From Isurus oxyrinchus (taxonomy: Eukaryota), in contig JANJGN010000024.1 in assembly GCA_026770705.1 (NCBI GenBank), positions 14,818,001-14,882,000 on the forward strand: 64,000 bases of DNA, in the 5' to 3' direction. Shown in pieces: positions 12,901 to 26,400 of this stretch. The translations under genes and the position numbers were made by a program. A model generated the notes under the pieces. That model saw only the letters and a program-made list of their open reading frames with translations, ran no database searches and was not told the origin of the DNA. How positions within the stretch are numbered: position 1 is the stretch's first letter; each line of letters begins with the position of its first letter.

Positions 12901-14379
12901 CTGGGAAGAGATTGGCAGAAGCTACAGGTTTTTTTTTGGAAAGTATTTTGTTTATTTATGAAAGAGAGGAATGCCCCCTTTTTAAAACACAATAGATTTG
13001 ATAAAACTGCTCAATATGAAACATTTAATAACTTTTGGTACCATGTCACTAGCAAACATTCTTGGTTGAAGTAATGTAACGAACAAATAAAGAGTAAAAA
13101 GCTCACCCAACAACATTACAACAATGTGTATTTAACCTCACCTACTGCACCAGTTTCCCTACCAGCCACTCTGAAGGCCTGACTGTAGGACTCTGAGCAT
13201 CTAGTACCAATGTATCATAGTTTCAGAGACCTAAGCTAACTTATGACTGGGTACGGTTTCATACAAGGATCCTTCTTCCTTAGAGAGTAAATTTTCATTT
13301 CAGTATTTTGGGCTCAGCTGGCTCAACTTTACACAGAGGCAGCCGCCTTTCCAATCAATTGAAAAGCCAGGGATGAGCCCGCTTCCTCTTGGCCAGGTCG
13401 ACCCACAGTGATTTAATGGTCTTCAGGCAATTAACTGGTTTGCCGTGGGACTTGCACCCCTATCAGGGACAAAGTCCCTTCTCTGAAAACTGGCAGATCT
13501 CCGGTCCCAGCAGCGCCACCAGGAGTGGTGGCCGCTGCTGGAACCACAGGGAGTCTCCGAAGAGAGACGCCATGGACTCGGACTTAAAGGCAAGTCCGGG
13601 GTTTCGCCAGGCCAGATTGACAGGCCCCCAGCAAGGGCACCGGGGTTAGGATTTGACAGGGATGAGGTTGGGGGTGCTGCAGGCACACGTAGTGGGACTA
13701 CATTTGGGACAGGAGGAGGCCCTTAATTGGGGTGTGGGGCGGATAAAATTCCAGCCCAAATCTCAGGACTGCCGATCCTTAAGGTGCAGTCATTCTAAAC
13801 AAAACATGCAAGATGTGAAATGCACAGTACAGGTTAATTCACAACATGACAATACATTAATGAGGGCAAAAGTGAAATGCTGCAGATGCTGATAATCTGA
13901 AATTCAAAACAAAAATAGAAAATGCTGGAAACACTTGGTGGGTCAGACAGCATCAGCAGAGGGGAAAAACAGAGCTAACATCTTAGATCGATGCTGTTTT
14001 GACTGACATCATTCATCAACCTGAAACGTGAACTCTGGTCTAACAGAAAGGGATCACAATCACACCGGCTGCTGTTCAATGTGCGTACACACCTGATAAT
14101 ATGGAGGGGGTGGGAAGAGCTGAGGAACTAGTCTGCCAGGGAATGACTCCATCAACTACAACTGTCCAAGAGATACAATGATAGTGATGTGGAACCTATT
14201 GAGCTCCCTCCAGCTAGCTCTGTTCCCTCAACAGTAACTCACTTTCATTAGTTCAAACTGTTAAGCCATCATTACCAGGACAAAAAACCTTGAATGTGCG
14301 GATAATCTTATTACTCATTTAAGTCTAGTGGGAATAGCCAGCAAAGTGATAAAATGTCCAACAGCAAAGGATCATTCAT

Positions 14380-15170
14380 AAGTAGGCCTCAACTGGAATA
14401 TGGCGTTCAATTTTGGAGAGGCTGGGGTTGTCTTCCTTGGAACTGAGGAGACTGAGGGATGACCTGATTGAGGTGTACAAGATTATGAGGGGCCCAGATA
14501 GAGTAGACGGGAAAGGCCTGTTTCCCCGAGCAGAATGGTCAATTAGCAGTGGGCACAGATTTAAGGTGATTGGTAAAAGGATTAGAGTGGACACGGTGGC
14601 GGGGGTCTGGAATTTGCTGCATGGTTTGGTGGCTGCAGTGGAAACCCTCAACCCATTTGAAAGGTACTTGGATCTGCACCTGAAGTGCTGTAACCAACAA
14701 GGCTACGGGAGCAGGTGCCGGAAGGTGGGGTTAGAGTGGGCAGCTAGTTTATTTGCTCTCTTTTGGCCAGCGCAGATACGATGGGCCAAATGGCCTCTTT
14801 CTGTGCCGTAACTTTTCTGTGGTTCTAATGCTGGCATTTTAGGAAGGATGGGAATGTTTGAGAGAAGGTGCAGGGAAGATTCACCAGAATGGTTCCAGGC
14901 AAAAAGAACCGGAGGTGACATGAGGCAAAACTTTTTTTTTTAATTGAAATCACAGCGAGCGGTTTAGATCTGGAATACACTGCCCGAGAACGTGGCGGAG
15001 TCACATTCAATCGTGACTCTCAAAAGGGAATTGGAGAAGCAGCCGAACGGGAAAAAAAATATATGGAGCTGCAGGAAAAGGGTGCAGGAGGGAGCGGGAC
15101 TCGCCAATTTGCTCTTGCAGAGACTCGAAGGGCTGAATGGCTTCTTTGTGCGTTGTTGCCATTCCACACT
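14380..15170 (+). mobile_element. Two CR1 LINE 3' fragments
   Basis: LGLSSLELRRLRDDLIEVYKIM; two CR1 3' UTR ends. Confidence 0.8.
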
Positions 15171-15275
15171 CTATGAAAAATAGCAAATACAATTGCGGAT
15201 TGTGATTATTACAGACGTCTAGTGCAATCCAATCATCCACCCAAAGCAGTCCAACGGGAGTCCGTAAGTACTTAC

Positions 15276-15361
15276 CCGAGCAACAGCCTTGTCCGAAAGA
15301 TAGCCAGCCGCAATACTACCCAGTAGGCCACCGACCTCCAGTGCGCTCATGAATGAGCTAC
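15276..15361 (-). CDS. SLC37A4: SLC37A4 coding exon 5
   Basis: TTGCAG acceptor, CGG|GTAAGT donor; 86 nt; [28 protein letters not shown] (read manually, not in ORF track). Confidence 0.96.
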
Positions 15362-16196
15362 CTGCAAGCATCAAACGATAATGTACAGTGTTTAAAAAGT
15401 AATTAAGTCAGGAGGCTCCAGGATTCCATCTCGTCAGCACCAAATGAGCTGATCTAGAGGGGGCTCGAGAAATGGCTTCACGGGGAAAGGGTCAAAATAC
15501 AAAACCAGCCAAGACACCGGCTGCTCTTCACCTTGTCTAGTCCTGAGCTGTTGAGATCGAAGTGTAGGACTTGCGCTCGAGATCAGCCAAGCCTAGCCCA
15601 GACCAAAGAATCAAACCTGGGCTGTCTAATCTGTCCAGCTCAGTATCTGACCAGACATTTGAGTCAATACAAGAGTCCCATTTCCCCATACTCATAGATT
15701 CATAGTATTTCATAGACGTTTACAGTACAGGAAGCCATTCAGCCCATCGTGTCCGCGCCGGTCAACAAAAATTTGACTACACTAATCCCATTTTCCAGCG
15801 CTTGGCCCATATCCCTGGAGGGGCGACTTGATTAATAAAAACAACTAATTCTAGAATAATGGAAGTAGGGTTTATGTAATTCTTATAACTGATTGGTGTG
15901 TTACCATGCATCATCAACAACAGCAACTTGCATTTCTATATCGTCTTTAACATTATAAAATGTCACAAACACACTCAGTTCAGTAAGAAGGTAGCAACGG
16001 TGCATCAAGAATTTAATTTACAGTTTAAGGTGCTTACTCCAGGACAGTGTTCGAAGCTGCAATGTACGGAAGTGCCTTATTAGATCACATCTGCTGTTTT
16101 ATTTTGTGGGGGGGGGGTTTGCGCTGGGTTAAAGGATTCCAAGGATTTGTTCAACTCCTGACTAATATTCCATCCTCGAACAACACCAGCAAATGG

Positions 16197-16350
16197 AAGC
16201 AAAAGCAAAATACTGCCGATGCTGGAAATCTGAAATAAAAACAGAAAATGCTGGAAATTCTCAGCAGGTCTGGCAGCATCTGTGGAGAGAAGCCGAGTTA
16301 ACGTTTCATGTCGATGACCTTTCATCAGAACTGGGAAAACTTAGAAATAT
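16197..16350 (-). mobile_element. PLE 3'-end remnant (similar remnants at ~13865-14038, 21270-21335, 24830-24898, 30094-30220, 45365-45442, 50081-50168)
   Basis: Shared GATGCTGGAAAT...CTGGAAAAACTCAGCAGGTCTGGCAGCATC tail; several have 11-14 bp TSDs. Confidence 0.8.
16296..16332 (-). ncRNA. Minimal hammerhead motif with canonical CUGAUGA core
   Basis: AGUU-CUGAUGA-A-AGGUC auc GACAU-GAAAC-GUU|AACU; one mismatch in stem II. Confidence 0.65.
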
Positions 16351-16489
16351 ATTACACTTCCTTACATGTCATCTCTATATCAAACACAACAAGAGAGGAA
16401 GACAAAATTCAGCAAGACGTCTGCTTGCTTTCAGTCGATTTACATTCCATTCCTTTTCGGATATTTGCCCAGTCTGTCAACTTCCTTAC

Positions 16490-16648
16490 CTAGAAGTGCA
16501 CTTTGTCCCTTCTCCTGAATGAGGAAGAGCTGCCCCCAGTCAGTGCAACAGGTCTTCACACCAAACACCACCAGGTACCCAAAGTTCAGCACCCACAAGT
16601 ATGGAGTCAGCAGTAGTTCCTTCACAGTGCTCTCATCTCCAACAGATC
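16490..16648 (-). CDS. SLC37A4: SLC37A4 coding exon 4
   Basis: TCTTCAG acceptor, TAG|GTAAGG donor; 159 nt; ...[43 protein letters not shown]. Confidence 0.96.
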
Positions 16649-17800
16649 CTGAAGATAGATAGTAAATGGTAAATAAAGGAAATATTTATTGACCAGCAAT
16701 ATTAAGACACCAACAAGTCACGCTCTTCTTTGAATACTTTGCAATTGATAAAAACTACATAATTAAAGTATTTACACTGGGCACACTCACAGAACTTACT
16801 TTTTTAACCAGGGTTTCTGGTCCCGCTTTTACATCAGCATTCACCATTGTGAATCACCATGTCAAAATTTCCAATTGTAGTCCAACCGTTAGGCAACAGA
16901 AAGCTACTGCAGTACTTTGCAAACCGTTATCATGGACCAATCCAATGGAAATCCATGGTTGCCAACCCTCTTAGGTACCTGAAAGGTGGGAGGAGTCACC
17001 CACCCATTACCCTGGTTGAGATAAGCTTGCAACATAGGTTGGAAACATTCTCTTTACTAACCTGGACAGTAGGACGACAAAACACCACCCTTACTGATCT
17101 TAACAGGTAATTTTCCTTTTTGAGTTTGATACTGGACAGCAAATTTACAAACAAACCATCAGGGAGCTCCAGAAGCTTTAAATTCTGAACTTAGCACATA
17201 ATGACTGGGAGAGAACTTCCAATTCCAGTCAGACTTCAGCAATGTCCTCAGCAACTTAGCTTTCAGCCACTAACTTCTGCCTCATATCCCATCCCACACA
17301 ATATTCTGTTCAATTAAGTATTAAGGTCTGCATCCTATTGGTTGGCCACTTGCTGCTGGCTCGTTGCCCACCCCAAACCACTTTCATAGTCACCTCCGCC
17401 GCCTCCTTCCAGCTGCCTGTCTGTGTCGCCGCTATTTGAAGTCAAAGGTTAATAGTTTTTTTTAAAAATGTGATCAAGCTCCCCATATGGTGCAATGGGT
17501 AAATGCAATGCCCAACCTAGTACTCGGCCGTGCAGAGAAGATTCAAGGATCGATTCCACTCTCTATGCTGTGTTGGTTGCCTGGACTGCTCACGAGAAAG
17601 AATCTTTCCAATGAGGGACTGCAGGTCCGGCCAACACTCACCCAGCAACAGGCAGAAAGGCGTTATCTTGATCTTAAGCAAGTTGAAGTATGAAACTAGA
17701 CCATAATGATTTTCTTGATAATAGGTTTATTTACAGAATGCAGCATTACATATGTCTGATACCTACCCACTGACCCAGTGTCCAAGCAGTCTCTCTTTAT

Positions 17801-18415
17801 ACTCTTTCGAGTAAGCCAATGGAAGAAAAATAAAATTAGTGAACAAATGAACTAATTACAGTGACAGCCCCTAAAAGGGGCACTGTATCAAAAGGCAAAC
17901 TTTAAAGGAAACTTAACTAATCAAATTAAAATGCCATTTGAGGCTGATGATGTAATCCAGCCCCAGCGCTGCACAGCATTTGCAGAAAGGCCTCAAGCAT
18001 ATCAGCAGACACCACGTGCTCCCTCTCCAGGGACAACCGGGTGTGAACATAGCCGCGGAAGAGAGGCAGACAGTCGGGTTGGATGACCCTCTCAACCACC
18101 CGCTGCCAAGCCCAGGCAGCAGGCTAACAAGGAGACCCTCTGCCCTGCCTGCCACCCTCCCCTTCCACATCAGGTGGCCAAAAATCAGGAGTCTGGGGCC
18201 GAAGTGCAGCCAAAACCTGAGGAGCAGCCCCTTCAGGTAATCATAAAGGGGCTGCAACCTCAATCTATGTACCCATGGTACTGGAATCCTCAAGGCTGGT
18301 CTGTCTTCATCTCTTTTGAGTAAACCGATGGAACAAAAATAAAGCTAATTAACATATGAAATAATTAAACTGACAGCTCCTTAAAGGGGCACTGTAACAA
18401 AAGACAAAATGAAAC
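17801..18415 (-). mobile_element. Two tandem L1/Tx1-clade LINE 3' fragments
   Basis: LQPLYDYLKGLLLRFWLHF...LEREHVVS..LEAF resembles a Tx1 ORF2 C-terminus; repeated 3' UTR CCCCTTTTAGGGG. Confidence 0.7.
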
Positions 18416-18444
18416 ACACTCTCCTCCAGTAAATTTGAGCTGGA

Positions 18445-20390
18445 CCCTGACTTTGTTTTCAAACCTGCTGACAACAGTGATGTTGTTGTTGACTGACCTT
18501 TACCTTGTAGAAGCTGAGCGCCAATTCTCGGACTCTTCCTTCTACCTCCCCCTGAACCACGATCCCACACCAAATATCAAGCCACTGTTTCCAACACACT
18601 CATTGACCTCATCTCCTCTGGAGATCTTCCCATCACAGCCTCCAACCCCATAGTCCCCCCGCAACCCCACATGGCCCGTTTTTACCTCTTTTCCAAAATC
18701 CACAAACAGGACTGTCCTGGTAGACCCATTGTTTCAGTCTGTTCCTGTCCCACTGAACTCATTTCTTTCCACCTTGATTCCTGGCCCTAACTGCCTCTTC
18801 TTCACCATGGATGCCCAATCTCTACACACCATCCTCCATCAGGATGGTTTGAGGGCTCTCCGCTTCTTCCTTGAACAGAGGTCTCAACAATCCCCATCCA
18901 CCACCACCCTCCTCCACCTGGTTGAACTTGTTCTCTCTGAACAATTTCTCCTTTAACTTGTCTCACTTTCCCCAAATAAAAGGTGTGGCTATGGGTACCT
19001 CATGAGCCCCAGTTATGCCTGTCTTTTTGTGGAGTATGTGGAACATTCCTTGTTCCAGTCCTACTCAGGCCCCCTCCCACAACTCTTTCTCCGGTACTTC
19101 GATGACTATTGGTGCCGCTTCGCACACTTGTCTGGATCTGGAAAAATTTAATCAATTTTGCTTCCAATTTCCACCCCTTTCTCACCTTCACATGGTCCAT
19201 TTCCAACACCCCCTTTCCTTGACTTCTCTGTCTCCATTTCTGGTGGCAGACTGTCTACCAGTAATCATTACAAGCCCACCGATTCCCACAGCTACCTCAA
19301 TTACACCTCCTCACACCCTACTTCCTATAATGACTCTATCCCATTCTCCCATTTGTTCGTCTCCACTGCATCTATTCTGATGACGCCACCTTCCACGATG
19401 TCTTCCTTTTCCTTCTTCCGCAGCTGAGATTCACTGCCCTGCCACCACTGAACACATCTCCCCGCCACCCGTCAGCATTCCAAAGGGACTGTTCCCTCCG
19501 TGATACCCCGGTCCACTCTTCTATCACCCATCTCATCACCTTCCCATGCAATCACAGGAGGTGTAACATCTGCTCTGTTACTTCCCCCTTCCTCACTACC
19601 CAAGGCTCCAAACATTCCCTCCAGGTGAAGCAGTGCCTCACTTGCACTTCTTTCAATTTAATCTTTTGTGTTCGCAGCTCACAAAGTGGTCTCCTCTACA
19701 TTGGGGAGACTAAATGCAGGCTGAGTGACTACTTTGCGCAACATTCGCTCAGTCCACAAGCACAACCCAGGCCTTTGTGTCGCCTGCCATTTCAATTCAC
19801 CGTCCTGCTCTCGTGCCAACATTTCTGTCCTCGGTCTGCTGCACTGTTCCAGTGAAGCCCAACACACACTGGAGGAACAGCACCACATTTTCCAGTTAGG
19901 CACTTTACAGCCTTCTGGACTTAGCACTGAGTTCAACAACTTCAGATCATGAACTCTGTCCTCCATTTTGATTTTTTTCTACCACCGCCCCCCCAACCAA
20001 GGGCCAGTCGGCAGCTAGTTCTCACAATTTGCATTCAAAAATTGCTGACCCTTGTTCTATTAACACATCCTGCTGTCTGACCTTTATGCCACTATGAACA
20101 CCTGCCATACTCTTTTACGCTATCATTACCGCTCCCTTTGTCTTGTGTCCATGACACCTTTGTCATTTAATCTCTCCTCAGCTCCGCCCTATCCCTGATC
20201 TTCTACTTTCTTTCACTCTGCACCCCCCCCAACAACCCCCACTTTCAACAGGATAAAACCCATCACATTTCTAGCTTTCTTCAGCTCTACAAAAGAAAGA
20301 GTCACAAAGACTCGAATCGTTAACTCGGTTTCTCTCTCCACAGGTGCTGTCAGGCACACTGAGTTTTTCCAGCATTTCCTGTTTTTATTT
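18445..20390 (+). mobile_element. Older degenerate Penelope-like element
   Basis: Broken RT/GIY-YIG fragments (FFTMDAQSL, LLYIGETK, EFNNFRS); 15-bp TSD TAAATTTGAGCTGGA at 18430-18444 and 20391-20405. Confidence 0.9.
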
Positions 20391-20563
20391 TAAATTTGAG
20401 CTGGAATTTGTTCGGACAAATGGAGCTGCTGGTGCACCCCAATGACGACTCACTTCAACATTAGCTGTGTTGAGATTCGAACCTAGCTTCCAAAAAAACC
20501 TTGGAAAGGCCGGACACGTTCCCATGGCAAATTAACCATTGTTTTGGCTCAGTCTCTCTGTGT

Positions 20564-21055
20564 ACTCTTTTGATTAACGGGTGGGGGGCTGGGGGGTGGA
20601 AAAAAAATTAACGTGTAAAATTAATGTGTTGGTCTCCATAAAAGGGGCACTGTAACGAAAGACAACCATTTTTTTCAAAGAAACTTAACTAGTTAAATTA
20701 AAATGCAGTTCCCAGGGCAGATGATGCACTCCAACCCCCACGGTGTCCACCAGTCATGGAAGGCCCGAAGCTTTCCAGTGCATACTGCACGCTCCTTCTC
20801 TAGGGACAACTCTCCTTGAATGTAGCCACGAATGCAGTCAGCCCGAGTTTCTCTTTACACTTTGAATACCGGTTTAACAAACTAACCAATTGATAGCTCC
20901 TTAAAAGGGCATTGTAACAAAAACAGAATTTTAAAGAAACCTTAAACAATTAAATGAAAACGTTGTTTTTGGGGGCTAATGATGCACTCCAGCCCCTGTG
21001 GTGCCCACCAGTCACAGAAGGCCTCAAGTGTACCAGTGGACACCGCGTGCTCTCA
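20564..21055 (-). mobile_element. Two further tandem Tx1-clade 3' fragments
   Basis: EHAVSTGTLEAFCDWWAPQGLECIISP in minus translation; same 3' UTR as 17801-18415. Confidence 0.7.
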
Positions 21056-21577
21056 GTGTTCAATTAAACAATGTCCTTCACCTGTGTGTATCTCAACAAT
21101 ATAATTAACATACCACTAACAAAAGGGAGGAGATAAAAGTGGGAGAGGGTGGAGCAGATGACTCTATTGATGACCACGTTCCTTTCCCTCAGCTGGAAGG
21201 TTTGGCCTTCTCTCAGGCAGCTGCTAAAGCCACTTCCATCACTGACTGTCAAACAAGATTTCAATTTCCAACAAAAACAAAAATAGCTGGAAAAACTCAG
21301 CAGGTCTGACAGCATCTGTGGAGAGGAAGACATAGAATTCAATTTCCAATCCTTGTCCATATGCTCAATTTAGGTAAAAACAATCATCGTCAAATATTTA
21401 AAAAAGCATAGCACTTTATCTGGTAATAATACAATAACAAGGATTGATTTCTGCAGGCCGATGTTTGAAGCTTATTTCTTTAGAAGTCCCATGAAAAGGT
21501 GCCCTATAGCTTTCAATATAATCCCCTGTACAGATGTACCTGAACACTATGTACTGGACCACACAGTGCACCCATTG

Positions 21578-22600
21578 GGTGACTACTGGGGTACCACAGG
21601 GATCGGTGCTATTCACAATATATATTAATGATTTAGATGGGGGAACTAAACGTAATATCTCCAGATTTGCAGATGATTGCAGGCTGGGTTGGAGGGTGAG
21701 CTGGGGGTGAGGGTGAGCTGGGAGGAGGATGCAGAGATGCTTCAGTGTGATTTGGACAAGCTGATTGAGGGGGCAAATGCATGGCAGATGCAGTACAATG
21801 TGGATAAACGTGAGCTTATCCACTTTGGTGGCAAAACCATGAAGGCAGATTATCTGAATGGCTATAAATTGAGAGAAGGGAATGAGAAACGAGACCTGGG
21901 TGTCCTTGTACACCAGTCGCTAAAGGTAAGCATGCAGGTGCAGCAGGCGGTAAAGAAGGCAAATGGTTTGTTGGCCTTCATAGCGAGAGGATTGGAATAC
22001 AGGAGCAGGGATGTCTTATTATATAAAGCTTTGGTGAGACCACACCTGGAATATTGTGTACAGTTTTGGTCTCCTTATCTGCGGAAAGATGTTCTTGCTA
22101 TAGAGGGAGTGCAGCGAAGGTTTACCAGACTGATTCCTGGGATGGCAGGACTGACTTATGAGGAGAGATTGAGTCGATTAGGATTATATTCGCTGGAGTT
22201 CAGAAGAATGAGGGGGGATCTCACAGAAGACTATAAAATTCTAACAGGACTAGACAGGGTAGATGCAGGAAGGATGTTCCTGATGGTGGGGGAGTCCAGA
22301 ACCAGGGGTCACAATCTGAGGATATGGGGTAGGCCATTTAGGACTGAGATGAAGAGAAATTTCTTCACCCAGAGAGTGGTGAGCCTGTGGAATTTGCTAC
22401 CACAGAAAGTAGCTAGGCCAAAACATTGTATGATTTCAAGAAGGAGTTAGATATAGCTCTTGGAGCGAAAGGGATCAAAGGATATGGGGAGAGAAAGCGG
22501 GAGCAGGCTGTTGAGTTGGATGATCAGCCATGATCATAATGAATGGTGAAGCAGGCTCGAAGGGCCAAATGGCCTACTCCTGCTCCTAGTTTCTATGGAA
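21578..22600 (+). mobile_element. CR1 LINE 3' fragment
   Basis: ORF 21677-22450 with FADD, LQCDLDKL, LVRPHLEYCVQFWSP, RGDL, TRGH; CR1 3' UTR. Confidence 0.93.
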
Positions 22601-23206
22601 GAGGAGTAGGTAATTTAGCCCCTCAAGTTTGTTCTGCCATCAATGAGATCATGGTTGATCTGTGCCCTTACTCCATGTTACCTGCCTCTGCCCCATATCT
22701 CTAAACAAATATACCAATTTCAGACCTCACATTAACAGTTGATTGTGCATCAAGTTAAAATGATCTAACCGAATGGAGGAACAGGCTCGAGAGGCTGAAC
22801 GGACTATTCCTGTTCCAAAATTGTACATATTTGGAAATTAGCAGAGGATGGGATTGTTTTTGCTGGAATGCACTCCCAAGTTAAACAGCCAAATGATACT
22901 CTGTTTAAGTTCATATTTGAACAAGGATCTCTTTGTTCAAAGAGAACGTAAGGCTGCTGATTCTATAGCCCATGGAGCTGCTCAACAGCAAAAGATAACA
23001 TCTTCAATGGAGGAGGGGAAAGGAAAAAATAATGAAATGATATCCCCAGTTTGTCTTAAGGCCTTTAGTATGGGTTAAAAATCGAACAAGGAAAAACATT
23101 GCAGGGAAAGAGAAAAGGCTAATGGAGGCTGTATGCATGACACTAGGGGAGAATTGGAGGTCAAACTGGTCTGGCAATCTCATAATTGACCTAGGCTGTA
23201 CTGTAC

Positions 23207-23453
23207 CTTTCTTGCTTCCTTTCTTTGGGCCTGGCTCGACATTAGGTAGCCCAACGTCCATGGGCTCGTTAATTATGAAGATCAGACATACGAATGCCAT
23301 CCCAACAGCAATAGAACCAGACAGAGAGAGGGTCACTCGCCAGCTGTAGCTAAGGGCCATCGTTGTGGCGATGATTGGGCCCAGGCTGCCTGCCAAGTTC
23401 ATGCTGGTCGACAAAACAGCCCACCATGTTCCAAACTGCGATGGTTCAAACCA
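23207..23453 (-). CDS. SLC37A4: SLC37A4 coding exon 3
   Basis: TCCATAG acceptor, AAG|GTACAG donor; 247 nt; WFEPSQFGTWWAVLSTSMNLAGSLGP...KKGSKK. Confidence 0.96.
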
Positions 23454-26400
23454 CTATGGAGACAAACAAACAATCAAGCAGAGATAGTGAAGAATATGTA
23501 CATTATATAACAGGGTTTGGACTGAGCTCAGGGCATCTCCCCCCCCTCCGCCACCGCCTCAATTTGTTTTGATTAAGGTTTTAGTTTATTTCCTTCCTTT
23601 CCCCACCAAGGCTTCTGCCAGTCCACTCCAATAGTAAACAGCTGAGTGCAGTCTAAGATGCTCATCAAGCATCCAACAATACCTTGAACAAATTCAAGAT
23701 GAACAAGACAAATCAGAAAAAAAGGAAATTTCTTCAAAATGGATTAAATGAAGATAAATGTGAGGGAACCATAAAAAAAACTTACCCAGGTGCAGCTTTG
23801 TTTAACTTACTTATGCCATCTAATGCTTCTTAAACATCACTGGAGACCCCTTTAATCAGCTCTTCTCTAGACTGTAGAGCTTAGGCTTTTGTAGTGCCTT
23901 GCTATGTTTTACCACTTTAAAAGTGCTACATATATCCAGTTATTGTTGTTTCCAATCCCTTCTACACGAGATACTCTGACTGAAGAGGACGCAGAAGAGG
24001 ATAATGCATACCTGTGTCTTTTGAAGTGTGGTTTAAATTGTACACAATATTCAAAAGCTGCTCTGACCAGTGCATCTGCCCCTGGAATTCAATTAATAAA
24101 CACAAACGTTTGTTTCTTCATGAGGAACTGACATGAAGAATGCTCCCTTTGATAGGGTGCAGCAAGTCAAGATTCAAAGCATACTCTGGCATGAGTCGGT
24201 ATCTTCAGAAGAGGGGAGAAGATCTGGGGCAAAACGTTAAGTTGGAGCACAATGTTATCCAAAAAAAAAATTAAACAAAAAGGCCCATAATTTCAAATGC
24301 ATATTTTACACAGTGGCTTTGGTTTGTGTCTCAGGTACAAAGATCAACATCGGTATGATTCAAAGTGAAGGAAAAAAACAGAACAAAGCTGGACTTAACA
24401 TGCTATTTTTAAAATTGGGGAACCTGCTAGATGGGTGTCAAGGCCAATTCAGCAGGACATCGCCATAGTTAGGAGGAGTAGGAGAGATGTGATACATGAA
24501 GCTTCAGGGGGGTCATCAAAACTGTCTAAAGACGATGTGTACATTGTAATAGGAGGTAGGACTTGGGAAATGAGTAAACCAATTCACATTTGAGTAAGAT
24601 GGACGTGGATAATGAGATGGCAAGGACCAAGGGAACATTTCTTTTATAGCATCTGAATGACAAAAATACTTTTTCTTTTGGTTTAGATCCTTATTACCAG
24701 GTCACCTGTATCAGGAACAAAGGTAGTGCATAAAAAATTGTCCATGAAAAGTATCTTTCATCTGCTGAGTGATTATAGGTTGTAGTATTTACTGGTTTAG
24801 CCTGAACCATGGATAAGTGCTAATACTAGAACAAAAACAAAAATACCTGGAAAAACTCAGCAGGTCTGACAGCACCTGCAGAGAGGAATACAGTTAACAG
24901 TTAAGTACTAGTACTGTCTGAGCAAACCACATTCTTCAGGAGAGCATTTGGAGATATGTATCTACAATTGATCTTTCCCAAATATGGAGACCAAATACAC
25001 TGTTCTTCAAGTATCTGGTTCAGTGTGGTTCCAAGAGGCTTATGTTGAGTTACCCATTAACTAGACCAGAGAGGTTGGCCCAATTTAGTCAATTGGCTTC
25101 GAGCACCATCTATTTTGCTTGTTGGGAAATGCCTCACTGGTTTTGCCTGGCCTATTGAGTACTGAGAATACACCAATGGAGAATCCCTTATACAGGGGGC
25201 ATCCCTTATATAGGGGACACAATCAGTCAACTGACCTCTTCTTGAGGAGCATCCTGCTGAAATGTTTAATTCTAGGGTAGGGGGAGCAATATCAAATATA
25301 AATGGCATTCGTCTATGAGGGAGAACTTTAATGTAAAAGGCAGCAATTTGATATTGGCAGATCTATAAATCAGATACATAACAAAACCCACACGCCGATA
25401 GGGAAGTGATGCCTCACAAGGTGTGCCATGCTTTAGGTTGGGGCTTGGCTTCAGAATGCATTATTGAGATAATGGCAGCTAACATCACTTAATAAAACTG
25501 GAAAAAACCCAGAAAGATGCAACATTCAGCTCATGCTGTAATAAGTAAAATAATATCCTCTCAATGGCCACAGAATGTGCAACTCACAACCTCTCTCTAA
25601 AAATACTGCAGCACCAAAATGTCATGACCTGAACTCTAGCCTGAACTATACAGTCGGCCATAGAATGTGCTGACAGTGTCAAAATTAAATAGGGATGCTT
25701 GGCTTGGGTTATAGATAGCACTGGTACTGTGCCCAGTCACTGCTCCACAGAAATTAGAATGAAGAATAATACAATCTACAAATTTGGCTTAGAAAAAGGA
25801 AGCATACGGCTAGCAGTCGGAAAAAAGCAGGCTGTACCTTCTGGGCTGCAATCTTCAAGTTCCGACTTTGAAAGACTGCGCGAGGTGCACAAAGTTCTCT
25901 CAGCTGGTTATGTCAATGCTGTGATAATTGCAATGATGATGTATCAGGTCATCAACGTTGGGCCTAGGAGCAGAGGACAGCAAGGGTTCCTGATAATATT
26001 GGGATTCCTATGGGAAACTAGTGGGGAAAGGGCAGGGGTTTGGTTTTTCATGAAAAGGGGTGAGGAAGCTATTACAGTGCCTCAATTTCTGGCCCAACTG
26101 AGATCACCCAAACTTGGTGCAGACTGGCATGGAACCTGGGACATTGTTGGACTGTCAGCTTCAGAGTACTAACTCAAAGTCATCAGTTAATTTACTTTTA
26201 TTTTCCAATTACCAGTGAACCCAGTTTCCTTAATATTATTTTCACACTAAGTTATGACAAACTCATCTGGTGCCTTTGAAGTAGGGGTAGAGTGTGCCTC
26301 AAAACCGGCAACCTTGGGACCGAGGCTGTGCCAGATTTCAGGTCAGGACAGCAAGCAGCAGAGGAGATAACTAGTCACGCGCCAAACTGTGCCAATGCAA

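Noticed and set aside
17940-21060. Repeated unit with TGATGA resembling intronic C/D snoRNAs
   Set aside because: The box is antisense to the host gene and the minus strand translates as a Tx1 ORF2 C-terminus
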